In this document: positions 12,452-24,670 of the stretch, in pieces
Position numbering within the stretch: position 1 is the first letter of the stretch
Layout: each line of letters opens with the position of its first letter
Assembly: GCA_964270895.1 (NCBI GenBank)
Contig: OZ185439.1
From: Podarcis filfolensis
Lineage: Eukaryota
DNA: 64,000 nucleotides
Reading direction: 5' to 3' (one strand)
Position numbers and translations under genes: made by a program
The notes under the pieces: model-generated
Databases searched by the model: none
Told to the model about the DNA's origin: nothing
The model's input: only the letters and a program-made list of their open reading frames with translations

Positions 12452-13507
12452 GTATATCTTATGCTGCTACATGCTTCATGCTGCACATTTGTCAGGTGCA
12501 GACATAATATTTCAAATTGCTTAATCATTGTGAGTGTGCTATGGATCTATCCACTCCCTCTCAATCATTCCATGAACACCCATTCCTTCTCTTTTTGTTG
12601 GTAGCCACGGTTTAGTGTTACGTTTGCAATGAAATTAACACTGACTGTGGTTTAAAGTAGATGTGACATTAAATGTAAGCAATTCACATGCAATTGACTT
12701 TTTAAAAATCTTTTATATGGCATAAGTAATCCATTTTATTCTGATTAACAGCTCTAGTATTAGTTTTTGTAAGCTGTACTTGCCCCTTGTTCTTGTGATT
12801 CACTTCTTCTTTTAAACAAACTTCTCTCCCTCTGCATCTCTTACTTTTTAATGTTTTAATTTACTTGTCTCCTTCTCACAACTTTAGCTCCATCTCACTA
12901 CATTAGAGTATCAATTCTCTGACGCTCATCTGTCTGCACTAAAAAGCTGTAGGAAATGATGCAGAACAAAAGGCAGGCCACAAGACAGCAGTCATGCAAG
13001 TTTCACTGCCTTTTAAAAAAAATGGGGCTACTTTTTGTATAAGAAATGTGTGGTATTTGAGGCATACCCAAGAATAGTAATTGATGTGTGCATGCAAGCA
13101 CTGTGAAATACAGGATTGCACACTCTTGGAATGATACAATTACTGGTGTCTTTTCAAAACCCTCTTTCTACCCCTGTTCTCTTCCATGGCTGTAGTATGC
13201 TTTAAGATGCCACCCACTCCCCATTTTATCCATTAGCAAAAACTTGGAATAGGTTTAGACATTTTTGCTAAGGAAATGGTAATTTGAATAAAATCACCAA
13301 ACCAGGAATGACCACAGGAAAGAATTGTTTGGCTGCTTCCTCTCCCCATCCCTACCTCTCTCCTTTGCTAGCTTAAAATGAAGAGTAGCAACGAGTCGTG
13401 AATTACATAGAAAACTATTAAAGCTAATAAATAGAAACTTAAATAGCATGAATGAAATTCTAGTTAAATCAGAGTTGTTTAATTAATTGACACAGGGTAA
13501 TCCTATA

Positions 13508-14128
13508 CAGTGGTACCTTGGTTCTCAAATTTAATCCGTTCTGGAAGTCTGTTCCAAAACCAAAGTGTTCCAAAACCAAGGCACGCTTTCCCATAGAAAG
13601 TAATGTAAAATGGATTAATCCATTCCAGACTTTTAAAAACAACCCCTAAAACGGCAATTTAACATGAATTTTGCTATCTAATGAGACCATTGATCCATAA
13701 AGTGAAAGCAGTAATCAATGTACCGTACTATAAAATAAAATAAATAAGACAGTATTGTAGATGATAAAAATAAAAATTATTATTTTTTCTTAACTACACT
13801 GATGATAGTCATTGTTTGCATGGGGGGCAATCAGTAGCTGAACTGGGTTCCATGCAGCCACAAAAATAGATTAACCGAAAAAGCCTCAAAAACACAAAAT
13901 AAATAACAAAAACAAAAGCGCCAAACTTAATCCATTCCAGAAGTCTGTTTCACTTCCAAAATGTTCAGAAACCAAGGCGCAGCTTCTGGTTGGTGCAGGC
14001 ACCCCAGAAACAATAGCTGACAACTGCATTGGATGTTCGGCTTCCAAAAAACATTCGAAAACCGGAACACTTACTTCTGGGTTTTCGGTGTTTGGGAACC
14101 AAGTTGTTTGAGAATCTAGGTACCATTG
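13508..14128. mobile_element. Tigger/pogo-like (TcMar) non-autonomous element, 621 bp
   Basis: TIRs cagtggtaccttggttctcaaa / tttgagaatctaggtaccattg; TA on both sides. Confidence 0.88.
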
Positions 14129-14294
14129 TATAAATATGTTTTCAGTGAAGATTTGTGTGTTTTTTTTTTTAAAAAAAACCTATTCAGTCATTTACTGATG
14201 ATTGGATGAGGATGGGGGGCATATTCCATCTTTATATATGATAAAAATCAAAAGTTGCTGAAGAGTCACTGAGATTTATTCTTCTTTTTTACAG

Positions 14295-14580
14295 CAAGGA
14301 AAACAGTGCATTGATTAGAAAGTGTCAGAGTGCCCCCCTGAACACAAGTCTTCACTCTTCTTACTGCCCTCCTAAAATGCCTCATTCTTCCACACACCTT
14401 GAAGAGTGGCTTTTGGATCTTCCCTACTGTGAGGACTTAGCTAAGAAAGAAGCTGCAGTGGGTATAAAGGAAAGCTTGGACTCCATGCCTCCCTTTTTTA
14501 TGAGCTCAGAAGAATCGGGAGTGGAAGTGGATTTTGACTCCTCCTCTGAGAAGAGTTTCCAGACTGCCTGTGAGGACTAG
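14295..14580 (+). CDS. PNPLA3: PNPLA3 terminal coding exon 9
   Basis: ttttttacag acceptor; phase-2 join gives SKENSALIRKCQSAPL...SFQTACED then TAG. Confidence 0.85.
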
Positions 14581-17500
14581 CTTAAGAACTGTGGCATAGA
14601 CAAAGAAATCTCAGTCTTTGAGGCATCAGTTTATCTAGCAGATTGCCAAACAGTCTTTTGGAAGACTGGCTTACACTAGATGACAAAATGCCTTTGAGGA
14701 ATCTTTCGGGGAAAGAGAAATGGGCTGTTCTGGTCCGGCTTCCTGATAATGACTAAAGGGATAAGAAGACCCTAGTGCAATAGAACATGGTTTACCCAAA
14801 CAAGATTTTCGGCAGGAAAAACGTGATTCAAGTCTTCTGATTTCTATTGGGGCAAAGCATTTTTGGCAAAACCACTTCGTTTTAAAGTATTTAACTTTTA
14901 TAATAGTCTTTTTCTTGTTTGTCTTCATATGTGGTGTTAGCACTTGAACAAAATCAAACAGAGTGTATTCAGATGACTATGGCATATAGGAATTTTTTGG
15001 AAGGCCTCTGAAGTTTTACTTGCCTTATGCATGATACTTGTTGGAATTGTTAACATCAAGTTACACTCCTTATCGTAAGGTTTCATTGTTTTTCAGAAAG
15101 ATAGTACTTAGGAGGCATTGTGTGTTCTAACAAGTGTGGTCCCCGCCCTCGCTGAGTGATTCTTTCTCCCTCATTGGGTTGGAGAAGCCGCAGATGTAGT
15201 TCAGAATTTAGTGCAATGCACATGTGCCACTCCACACCAGAGAATCCTTATGGGCTGAATTCAATCCCAATAAACAGTACTTTAACAATGTTTTACTGAA
15301 GGAATCTAATTGTAGACCATTTTCTCTTGGAGAAGGCAGGATGGTGTGGATCAATGGAAGTATCAGCTGTAGATGCCATCAAGACATGGGTTGAATGATT
15401 TACCTATGCAAATAGCCGAGAAGTTACAGTGTGATTTGTAATTAATGGAGCTTAAAAGCTTCTTATTATTTCTTGTAATCAAGCAGCACTGGAAGCTTTT
15501 GAAAACAGATTAAAATCTGAAAAATGAACTGTATATGGCTTCCCTGAAGTAATCACAGAAAACATTCTGTTCTCCGTTGCACTAAATTCAAACCATTTTA
15601 GCCCAGTCTTTACTAACAAAAAATGTGCCAATATGTTTTTTCAGTTTTATTATAGGTTAGGTCTTAAGTTGCCTAACACGTGAGAGCTGACAGTAGTGCT
15701 GAATCATGAATAAGCTATTTGTCAAATTGTTTTAATTTTAGAAGTACATGTGTTAAGATAAATAGCCTCTCTGAAATCTGGATACCATATTTGATAGTGA
15801 TGCTTTGAGTATTCCTTGCCCACCATTATTCATCACTTTAAAGTGAAAAGGATACTTATTTATGGCGCAGGATTTACATTGCATTCTCCAAAATGGTAAA
15901 TGATTAAGAAATGCTGGTCCCATAGGCTGCTGATCACCCTCCCCTGGCATGGCACTTGGAGGACTGGTCTGCAGTGATGCTGTCTTAGCATAATGGCCTA
16001 AGAGTCAATCAAATAGATTTGGGCTTTGGAGTCTATGTTAGGAATGAGGTGGCTTATATTTTGACAAAAATCAAAGCCTTCATAAGAATGGGAAGTCTTG
16101 TGTATTTATTTTAATTATTGACTATGGGCAAGTTTAATTCTGACCAAGCATTTAGCAGTCTTTCAGCTATGACTTTATACAGTGAAAAGTGAAGGAAGCG
16201 CTGTTTTTAGAAAAACAACAACAAAGCTACATTTTAAATTTTTAACATTGCAAAAACTTTCTTATTTATATCCTTGCTGGTGCTATTTCATTCAAGATAT
16301 AGACATAAATGAGTTATTTTGTGTGATCACTGATTGTATGCTTTATTTTAAAAATCTTGATTGCATTTCCAAAATGGGCCAGAATATTGTTCCAATCACT
16401 AATGTTTATATAAAGCAGCAAAATAAAGAGACAAAAATGTTTTTGATGTCTGCTGTTTATAATAGCAAACTGAATTTAAGATAATTGTGGTTGGAAGGAA
16501 GGGAGCTCAAGGAATATATTGTATTGTAAAAGCAGCAGCTTCCAAATTTTGGGGGGCCTTTGCCCTCTTGGTTCCATAAACTCATCCATGGTGCCGCTAA
16601 CCTTACCCTATAAAAAGCATTATTCAGAACAGTCATAAATTCAAAACAGTAACAGTTAATTGTACATTTGTTCAAAATCCAATTATCACTATTTAGTTTA
16701 ACTAATTCAACAAAATTATTGAACCTGATCCAATGATACCAACTTTTCAAAGACTATAAGTAATTTACATCACCAGAATCCCTCCTGCTGCCCCCCACCA
16801 CATAACCCCACCACCCACCAGTCTTTTAAAGAGGTTGTATATTTAAGCTATGGAATTACAAAAATTGAAGCCTGTATTTCTGCTTGTACCATTGTACTGA
16901 AGAGCCATTGAAGCCTCTATGAGGCTTCGGAAAATATTTAAAGATTGGTCCCTGCTGTCGCTGGCAAGACGTCCTTCTCCCTCTCCGTTCACTGAAATTC
17001 ATAGTGAACAAATATCTTAAATGATTTCTACCTCCTGTTCTTATAAATTATATATTTTGAAAATGAATAGAAAGCTTAAAATTCAATATTCCAAGGTTTG
17101 TATTTCTTCTATGGAGTGGCAATATTTTTGAGATTTATATTCTGCTACATTATTCCACAAGACAAGGACATCTTTTACATGGGAAGTATCTCTTGTAGCC
17201 TTTGCGCTCCATCTGCGGTGGTTGGAAAAGAATGTGTCTGGCAGGGATAAAGATAACAGGTGGAGATGTTGGGTGCAAAGTATGTATGTACACACCTTAA
17301 GGGATTATAGCTGTACTGCAATAGCTATCTCAAGCAGAGCCCTTGGGTCCAGAGTTCTTTTCTCAACTTCTCTAAAAGCTAAATGTTTTTATAGTAACAA
17401 TGTAAATTCAGCGAGGCTATGGTTTTCAAAAAGTTTTTTTCGGTCTGTTTGGCTGGCAACATTAAACTACAATACTTGCTATTTATGTTATATTCTATTC

Positions 17501-17631
17501 AATATGAAGAACAATTGATAATAATACTATTATTTGTTGATCACTTTGTAATGAAAGAGAAATGTCCCAAAGCAACTTAAAATAGAAACAAAATCAAAAG
17601 TCAAATTAAGAATGATGTACAATACATAGTA

Positions 17632-17873
17632 CAGTGGTACCTTGGGTTAAGTACGTAATTCATTCTGGAGATCTGTTCTTAACCTGAAACTGTTCTTAAC
17701 CTGAAGAACCACTTTAGCTAATGGGGCCTCCCGCTGACGCCGCGCCACTGGAGCACGATTTCTGTTCTCATCCTGAAGCAAAGTTCTTAACCTGAAGCAC
17801 TATTTCTGGGTTAGTGGAGTCTGTAACCTGAAGCGTATGTAACCTGAAGTGTATGTAACCCGAGGTACCACTG
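17632..17873. mobile_element. Tigger-like MITE, 242 bp
   Basis: TIR cagtggtacc(t/c)(c/t)gggtta; TA TSD; internal repeats (g/t)taacctgaag. Confidence 0.92.
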
Positions 17874-18089
17874 TATCTAAAATAATAATTGAACAATATC
17901 ATAAGGACAACCTCCTATCCTCCAAAAAGACTAACACAGCAGTAGAGGCTAGCGCAATCACCAAAGGCCTAGGTAAACAAAAAGGCCTTGCAGGTAGAAA
18001 CTTAGAATTATAGCACCAGGCATGTTTCATGGGGGCATACATTCAGCTGCACAGAGTCACTCCTGAAAAAGCCTCTTCTCGTCTATTTC

Positions 18090-18400
18090 TTCTGCATTTT
18101 TCTCAGATGAGGCACATAGAGAAGCAACACTGATTAATATTGCAGGGGCTGGACCGGTTCGTTTTAGCAGAGGCTTGGGATTCCTGAACTACGTGAGGTT
18201 TTGTAAGTCAAAACCACTCTTTTAAACTGAGCCTGGAAACTAATTGGTAGCCAGTGCAAGCAGGCCAGAATCAGTGTAATAAGCTCAGATCTTCTGGTCT
18301 CTGTAATCAAATGGCTGATTTCTACACTAGCTGTAGTTTCCAAACAGTCTTCAAAAGAAGGCCCCATGTATAACATTGCGGTAATCTAATCTACAAACAA
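18090..18400 (-). mobile_element. Degraded L2 fragment
   Basis: ITLILACLHWLPISFQAQFKRVVLTYK. Confidence 0.75.
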
Positions 18401-19258
18401 TAAGAATATAGGCCACTAAATCTAGATTATACCTGTGCAAATACGGTCAAAGCTAGGCCACAAACTCAAACCGGCAGGAGGTTTCCGTGCAACCATGTAC
18501 ACTTATGCCTCTAGCAACAGCAGTGGATCCAGGAATTAAAGAATGGCATGGTTGGGAAGGATCCCAAGGGTCATCTAGTCCACCCCCCTGCGATGCAGGA
18601 ATCTCAACCAGCTCTTACAGGACAAATGGCCAGCCAACCTCTGCTTAAAAACCTCTGCACATGTCTCTATCTCCATGCTATATACCTGCTCCTTTAGTGG
18701 TAGTGTGATCCCTTCCAGAACAGGTTGGACACCCATGCAATCTAGGAAATTGCCCCGAAACTGCCTCAGTCAGTCTTTCCCGGATGGAGCTTCAGTTTAT
18801 TGCTTCTCATCCACTCTTCTACCAAGGCGAGGCACTGATCCCCTGCCCGACTTACAGGTGTCAAGGAGGTAGAGCATAAATATACTGATGAGAGCACACG
18901 CCAAACCTCCAGTGACCCAACGTGTCTGTCTCTCCACCGTCTTTTCCTTTCCCTCTTCCCTCCTGTATTTATTTAGGGAGTAAACCTGTGGGCAGGATTT
19001 TGCTTTTTCTTCTACAAGTATATTCTGAATAGAGCTTTTTATGCACTTATGCACTGCAATTTACTATTCAGCTTGATTTGCTTTTGTTTTGAAAAATTAG
19101 TGTTTGGATTCTAAATACTCCCCACCCCACCCCCAACTGCATGCATGGCCGGCTGTTATACATGTTGATGTGGAAATAAATCCCCATGAGTTGCATGCAC
19201 TTAATCATTCATACATTTTATTTAGTAGAGAATAAATGAGGTGTTTCATAACATGGAG

Positions 19259-19611
19259 ATAAAGGTAAAGAGGCCCCTGACTATTAGGTCCAGTCGTGGC
19301 CGACTCTGGGGTTGCGGCGCTCATCTTGCTTTATTGGCCGAGGGAGCCGGCGTACAGCTTCCGGGTCATGTGGCCAGCATGACTAAGCCGCTTCTGGCGA
19401 ACCAGAGCAGCGCACGGAAACGCCGTTTACCTTCCCACCGGAGTGGTACCTATTTATCTACTTGCACTTTGACATGCTTTCGAACTGCTAGGTTGACAGG
19501 AGCAGGGACTGAGCAACGGGAGCTCACCCCGTCGCAGGGATTCGAACCGCCGACCTTCTGAGCGGCAAGTCCTAGGCTCTGTGGTTTAACCCACAGTGCC
19601 ACCCACATCCC
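19259..19611 (-). mobile_element. Sauria-type SINE, full length
   Basis: Reverse complement of the 2979 copy; 14-bp degenerate TSD. Confidence 0.93.
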
Positions 19612-21166
19612 TAACACAGAGATAAGTTGCCTTTAAAAACTATTAATGTTTTTATATATTAAGGTATGGGCTCATACCTGTTTTACACAGGTGAACAGGA
19701 ACCTATGAGGACTCTCTCAGATGAAGGATATAATGCACCCAAACTTAGAAAGCACATGCTTAAATTGAACCAAACTTTGGCTAAATAGAATCTAAAAGGG
19801 TGGCCTAAAATGTGTGCATTTTCAAGCTACACATTTTCAAATGTGTGTATTTTTGCTTTGGGCAAGATAAAGTGATGTAATACATTTAATAAACAACAAC
19901 AACAACAACAATGTACGAGTAGGTGGGACTGAAGAAAATCTTGGCTCTATACCAGGAGTCTGGAGTGTTTAGAGCCTGCTACAAAACTACAATTCCCACA
20001 ATGCTTTGCCTGAAAATTTTGGGTGGGGCACTGAGTCATCTCAGTGGCTGGTATCTGACTACAGCCTGGGTGTAAGTTTGGGAGCCTTTTGCCTTCTGCC
20101 AAGGGCCCAATCACAGGAGGATAGGAAATGTTGGGGTACACTATCACAGTCCTTCACATAACTGACGTGACTGACAGCGCCTTCTCGGTGGCTGCGCCAA
20201 GACTTTGGAACTTTGTTGGCAGTCGCCCAGAGACAATTTATTCCAACAGGCTGTTTGGGAACTGACTACTTTTAATTAAAGGTCTGGTGCTGTGCTGTTT
20301 TTAATTGTAATTATCTGCATGTTTTCATTGGATTAAAAAATAAAATGTTTTAATTCTATTCATGTTCCATTGCTTTTTTAAACGATTGTCCCATCTTTCA
20401 ACTGTTATTATTTCATCTGCAAGCTGCATTGACTCCATATCAGGGAAAACAGCGGCATATGTATGTATGAATGAATAAATAAATAAATAAGGAATTTCTG
20501 CTTGTAAGTTCCAATTGCAAAGTCCAGCATACAATTCTCTTGCCATGGAGGTGCCAGGGAATGGAGTGACCGATGGATAATAAACGTTAATTGCAACTTT
20601 ATCAGAGAAACATGGAGCTTCCTGGTACTTTTAGAACCCCAATTTCATTTTTCCCTTCGGTAGAAGTGAAATCTGTCTGTGGAATGTAGAAACACAGTGT
20701 TTTTACTTTAGGCAGCAGAAATGAGAAGGTAGCGGCACAGTAAAAAAGTGCTTGCTCTTTCTAATTTTGTGTTTTTGGGAAAGGATGGGCCTTCTTTATT
20801 ATTTTTAAGGAGTAAGGATGCAACGGAGAATTGCAACAAGCAATGCAGAGCAAGGTGGCGAGTAAGTCAGATCTTTTCTTGTACTCCTGTGGCAGCAGGA
20901 AGGAGAGGGACCCTGACCCATAGGGCGTGTGCAGAGGGTGCAATTCTCACGACAGGAGGTGCAATCCCTTCCATCGCAGGCAGCACCAGAAGACAGATCG
21001 ACACGTGTTTTTGAATCGTGCTGTAGGATGCGAAACGCGAGCGACGCATTGGGACCGCAAAGTGAAATTTTAAGTAGATTGGCCTTTGCCTGCTGCAAAC
21101 CTGCGTGTGGCATGTCTGTCTTTTGCGCTGAGGGTTCGGGGCTTGGGATCCAAACGACTCTCAGCC

Positions 21167-21261
21167 CATAACTCTCAACTTTCCCCTTCTTTTAAAAAAA
21201 GGGAAATTCCCTTATTCCGAATAGGATTCCTCGCAAGAAAAGGGGAAAGTTGACACCTATG
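21167..21261. mobile_element. hAT-type MITE, 95 bp
   Basis: 22-bp imperfect TIRs (cata..tcaactttcccctt); perfect 8-bp TSD tctcagcc. Confidence 0.85.
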
Positions 21262-21779
21262 TCTCAGCCACTCACCGCTAACCTGCAAGATGGCTCTGTG
21301 CTCTCACGGGGCACGACGCTCACAATCCTGCAAAGGCATTTAGCCTGGCAATTATAAATAAAAGCGCGATTTAAAAAACCTCTCTTTTTCAATTGGAGCT
21401 AGACAGCACAGCAGCCGCTTCTTCCGGCGACGCCAATCCGCCCAACTTCCCCGGTCAGCTCCCGCTGCCTACCTAACCCGGGGCGGAGGGCTCAGACGTA
21501 GGGTTCAGACGTGAACCCGAGTGCCCGAGAGATGGGGGCGGCGGAGGCGAAGCGCATATCGGCTCCCCGCGCATCTGCAGGAGCGAAGCAGGGTCCGCTC
21601 GGGTCCCATATCTGACGCGTGTTGGGATTCCTGCATGGCAGCGGGGTTGGTCTAGATGACCCTCGGGATCCCTGCCCACTCTTACAACTCCTGTGCGCCT
21701 GCGGATCCTGCTGCCCGAGGCAGTGGCCTCCTCTTGCCGCTAGCCAGTTCCCTCATATATCCCGGAAGCTGGCACCTAT

Positions 21780-22220
21780 TCATCTCTCTTCACTCCCCGC
21801 GTTTCTTTTATCTACGGTCTCGGCGCCCTTCCTTTCCGTGCGCCCGCCCCCTTCCGCCCCGGCCTGGCCAATCAGACTCGTTCTGCCGCCGACGCGCTTT
21901 CCTGTCATGGCCGCCGCCCCGCGCCGCAGCTTCTCCTCCTGAGGGACCGTCGCGCCGCTTCTTCCCTCGCCCGCCGCTCCCTCGCTGGCTCTCCCGCTCG
22001 CTCTGCCGCTCGGCGTCGCTGAGAGGCGGCCATGGGCACCGTCCACGCGCGGGTAAGGAGTGCCCGGCTGGCGGGCTTGGCGGGCGAGCGCGGCGACCTT
22101 GGGCGGAGGAGGGATCGGGGCCGCCAAGGTAGCGGAGACCCGCGCGCCCTTCCATGCACGCGCGCCCCAGGGCCGCGCCCCGCCGCTAGTACAACGCCCG
22201 GCCACCCTGGACAGCGTTCC
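21780..22220 (+). promoter_or_regulatory. SAMM50 CpG-island promoter
   Basis: Very GC/CpG-rich; GC boxes (cccgcccc ~21842) and CCAAT (ggccaatca ~21866) upstream of the ATG. Confidence 0.85.
22032..22052 (+). CDS. SAMM50: Sam50 (mitochondrial outer-membrane beta-barrel assembly) exon 1
   Basis: gccATGg Kozak in a CpG island; MGTVHAR; gtaagg donor; the 15 exons sum to 1410 nt = 469 aa + stop. Confidence 0.97.
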
Positions 22221-22879
22221 TCTGAGCATGTGAAGAATTCCTCCTCCTAGGATTATTGCCATTGGGTTTTTTTACGGCCGCCACCTGAAAAGGATACTGT
22301 CTATTCTGAGCATGTGCAGAACCCCCCACCCCCCTTTTTAGGGCTCTCCTTAAAAACAATACCGAACATTCCGAGCAGCGTTTTTCTGAGCATGTGCAGA
22401 GTGTGACCTTGAGAATGTGCAAAAGCGCCCGTGCTTGCATGAAGGCTGCTTTGGGTGCGCTGTGGAATCCGGTGCCTCCACTCCAGCCTGCCTGCCTGCC
22501 TTCGTTGGGTAGTGGTGGACTTTGCACATGCTCTGGTGCCTCAAGCCTTTGGAACAAGGAAGCAGGAGGGAGCGGAGGGGTTTCCCCCAGCAGACTTGGA
22601 CTGGCTTGCGTGGAGCCAGGGAGGCTCCTGCTTCCCCTAAGGAGCCTTAATCGATAATTCTCCAAGGTGGTGCTGCCTGTGATGGCGTCTCTGGTGGGAC
22701 TGCAGTGCTTTCCTTGGCAGCACAGTATTTACACACCTGTTGTGAAGGTAAAGTCTTCATGACACACCCACGTGCATCGCACTGACTTGGAGGTGGCACC
22801 TACGCTTTGCATCTTAAACATCAGGAAGATGTTTATGACAGCAAGAGCTGTTCCAGCTCCCTTGAAAGGTGGTGGTCTT

Positions 22880-23012
22880 GTTTTCCTTGGGGGTTTTTTG
22901 AAGCAAAGGTTGGATGACCCATCTGTCAGGGATGCTGTAGTTTTGATTCCTGCATTGCACAGGGTTGGACTAGAGGACCCTCGGGGTCCCTTCGAACTCT
23001 ACAATTCTATGA
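22880..23012 (+). mobile_element. CR1 or CR1-tailed SINE 3' end
   Basis: ggttggactagaggaccctcggggtcccttcgaactctacaattctatgatt; similar ends near 18540, 21625, 43830 and 46254. Confidence 0.75.
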
Positions 23013-23401
23013 TTTCTAGTACCTGTGAGCATCCTACAGTAGCATAAGTATGCAAATTAAGCATAAAGTGAAATGCAAAAATGTAGACAGAGCAATAACG
23101 AAACAGCTGCAACTGAACAGGTAATTCAAGGTCTTAGAAAAATATAACACATTTTTTTTAAAAAAATAAGTTTTGTTATTTTATGCATAGAAACATGCAA
23201 AAACCCCAAAAACTTAAAACATAAATTTTTGACCATAAAATGTAAATAAAACTCAGTTCCAGAGGCTAATAGACACAGCAAAACCCCCACAATTGCTCTA
23301 TAACGTACAGTAGAAAGATGGCAAATGTTGCTATTCTTAACGTTGCTACAGGAAAAATAAACAGCTATGTTCCACAAAGTAGCGTACTGAGATGGCAGCA
23401 T

Positions 23402-24295
23402 TTGTTGTTGTTTAGTTGTTTAGTCGTGTCCGACTCTTCGTGACCCCCTGGACCAGAGCACGCCAGGCACTCCTGTCTTCCACGGCCTCCCGCAGTTTGG
23501 TCAGGCTCATGTTTGTAGCTTCGAGAACACTGTCCAACCATCTCGTCCTCTGTCGTCCCCTTCTCCTTGTGCCCTCCATCTTTCCCAACATCAGGGTCTT
23601 TTCCAAGGAGTCTTCTCTTCTCATGAGGTGGCCAAAGTATTAGAGCCTCAGCTTCACGATCTTTCCTTCCAGTGAGCACTCAGGGCTAATTTCCTTAAGA
23701 ATGGATGCGTTTGATCTTCTTGCAGTCCATGGGACTCTCAAGAGTCTCCTCCAGCACCATAATTCAAAAGCATCAATTCTTCGGCGATCAGCTTTCTTTA
23801 TGGTCCAGCTCTCACTTCCATACATCACTACTGGGAAAACCATGTCTTTAACTATACGGACCTTTGTTGGCAAGGTGATGTCTCTGCTTTTTAAGATACT
23901 GTCTAGATTTGCCATCGCCTTTCTCCCAAGGAGCAGGCGTCTTTTAGTTTCGTGGCTGCTGTCACCATCTGCAGTGATCATGGAGCCCAAGAAAGTAAAA
24001 TCTCTCACTGCCTCCATTTCTTCCCCTTCTATTTGCCAGGAGGTGATGGGCCCAGTGGCCATGATCTTCATTTTTTTGATGTTGAGCTTCAGACCATATT
24101 TTGCGCTCTCCTCTTTCACCCTCAATAAAAGGTTCTTTAATTCCTCCTCACTTTCTGCCATCAAAGTTGTGTCATCTGCATATCTGAGGTTGTTGATATT
24201 TCTTCCGGCGATCTTAATTCCGGCTTGGGATTCATCCAGCCCAGCCATTCGCATGATGAATTCTGCATATAAGTTAAATAAGCAGGGAGACAGCA
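23402..24295 (-). mobile_element. BovB (RTE clade) LINE, 5'-truncated, in SAMM50 intron 1
   Basis: RT C-terminus NINNLRYADDTTLMAESEEEL...AFELWCWRRLLRVPWTARRSN; 3' end gagtcggacacgactaaacaactaaacaacaa. Confidence 0.95.
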
Positions 24296-24533
24296 CAGCC
24301 AGCACCATAGGTGTCTATAATGGAATGAGAGCCACACCCCAAACATAAATGACCAATGCAGGTTACGTCTAAAAGTACATACCTGCTTAAAATCTTAGTG
24401 AACGATCTTTCTTTATTAAATAACCCTTCAGAGTTCTGTGAGATACTCATTCTCTAAATAGCACTTATACTGACCAAGTGCATTGTAAAATAAAAAGGCA
24501 AACTGAAAAATGTAATACTGTGTAAGGCAATTA

Positions 24534-24670
24534 GAATCATAGCAATGTAAAGTTGGAAGGTACCCCAAGGGTTATCTAGGAATATGCAGGAATATTCAGC
24601 TGGCCTGGATGGGCTCGAACCCACAACCTTGGCATTATCAGCACTACATTCTCTCCAACTGAGCTGACTG
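24534..24670 (-). mobile_element. tRNA(Ile)-like head plus CR1-type tail SINE
   Basis: Minus strand agctcagttgg...ctgataatgccaaggttgtgggttcgagccc followed by a CR1-like 3' end. Confidence 0.7.

Noticed and set aside
18880-18920. CTGATGAG as a second hammerhead core
   Set aside because: No stem II followed by GAAA and no matching stem I/III.
21473-22665. Multiple 60-160 aa ORFs around the SAMM50 start
   Set aside because: CpG-island artefacts without recognisable domains; the true exon 1 is 21 nt.
23701-24348. 215 aa plus-strand ORF
   Set aside because: Antisense shadow of the BovB reverse-transcriptase frame.
24601-24668. Possible tRNA-Ile(GAT) gene on the minus strand
   Set aside because: The acceptor stem cannot pair and the sequence is fused to a CR1-type tail, so it is a SINE head.
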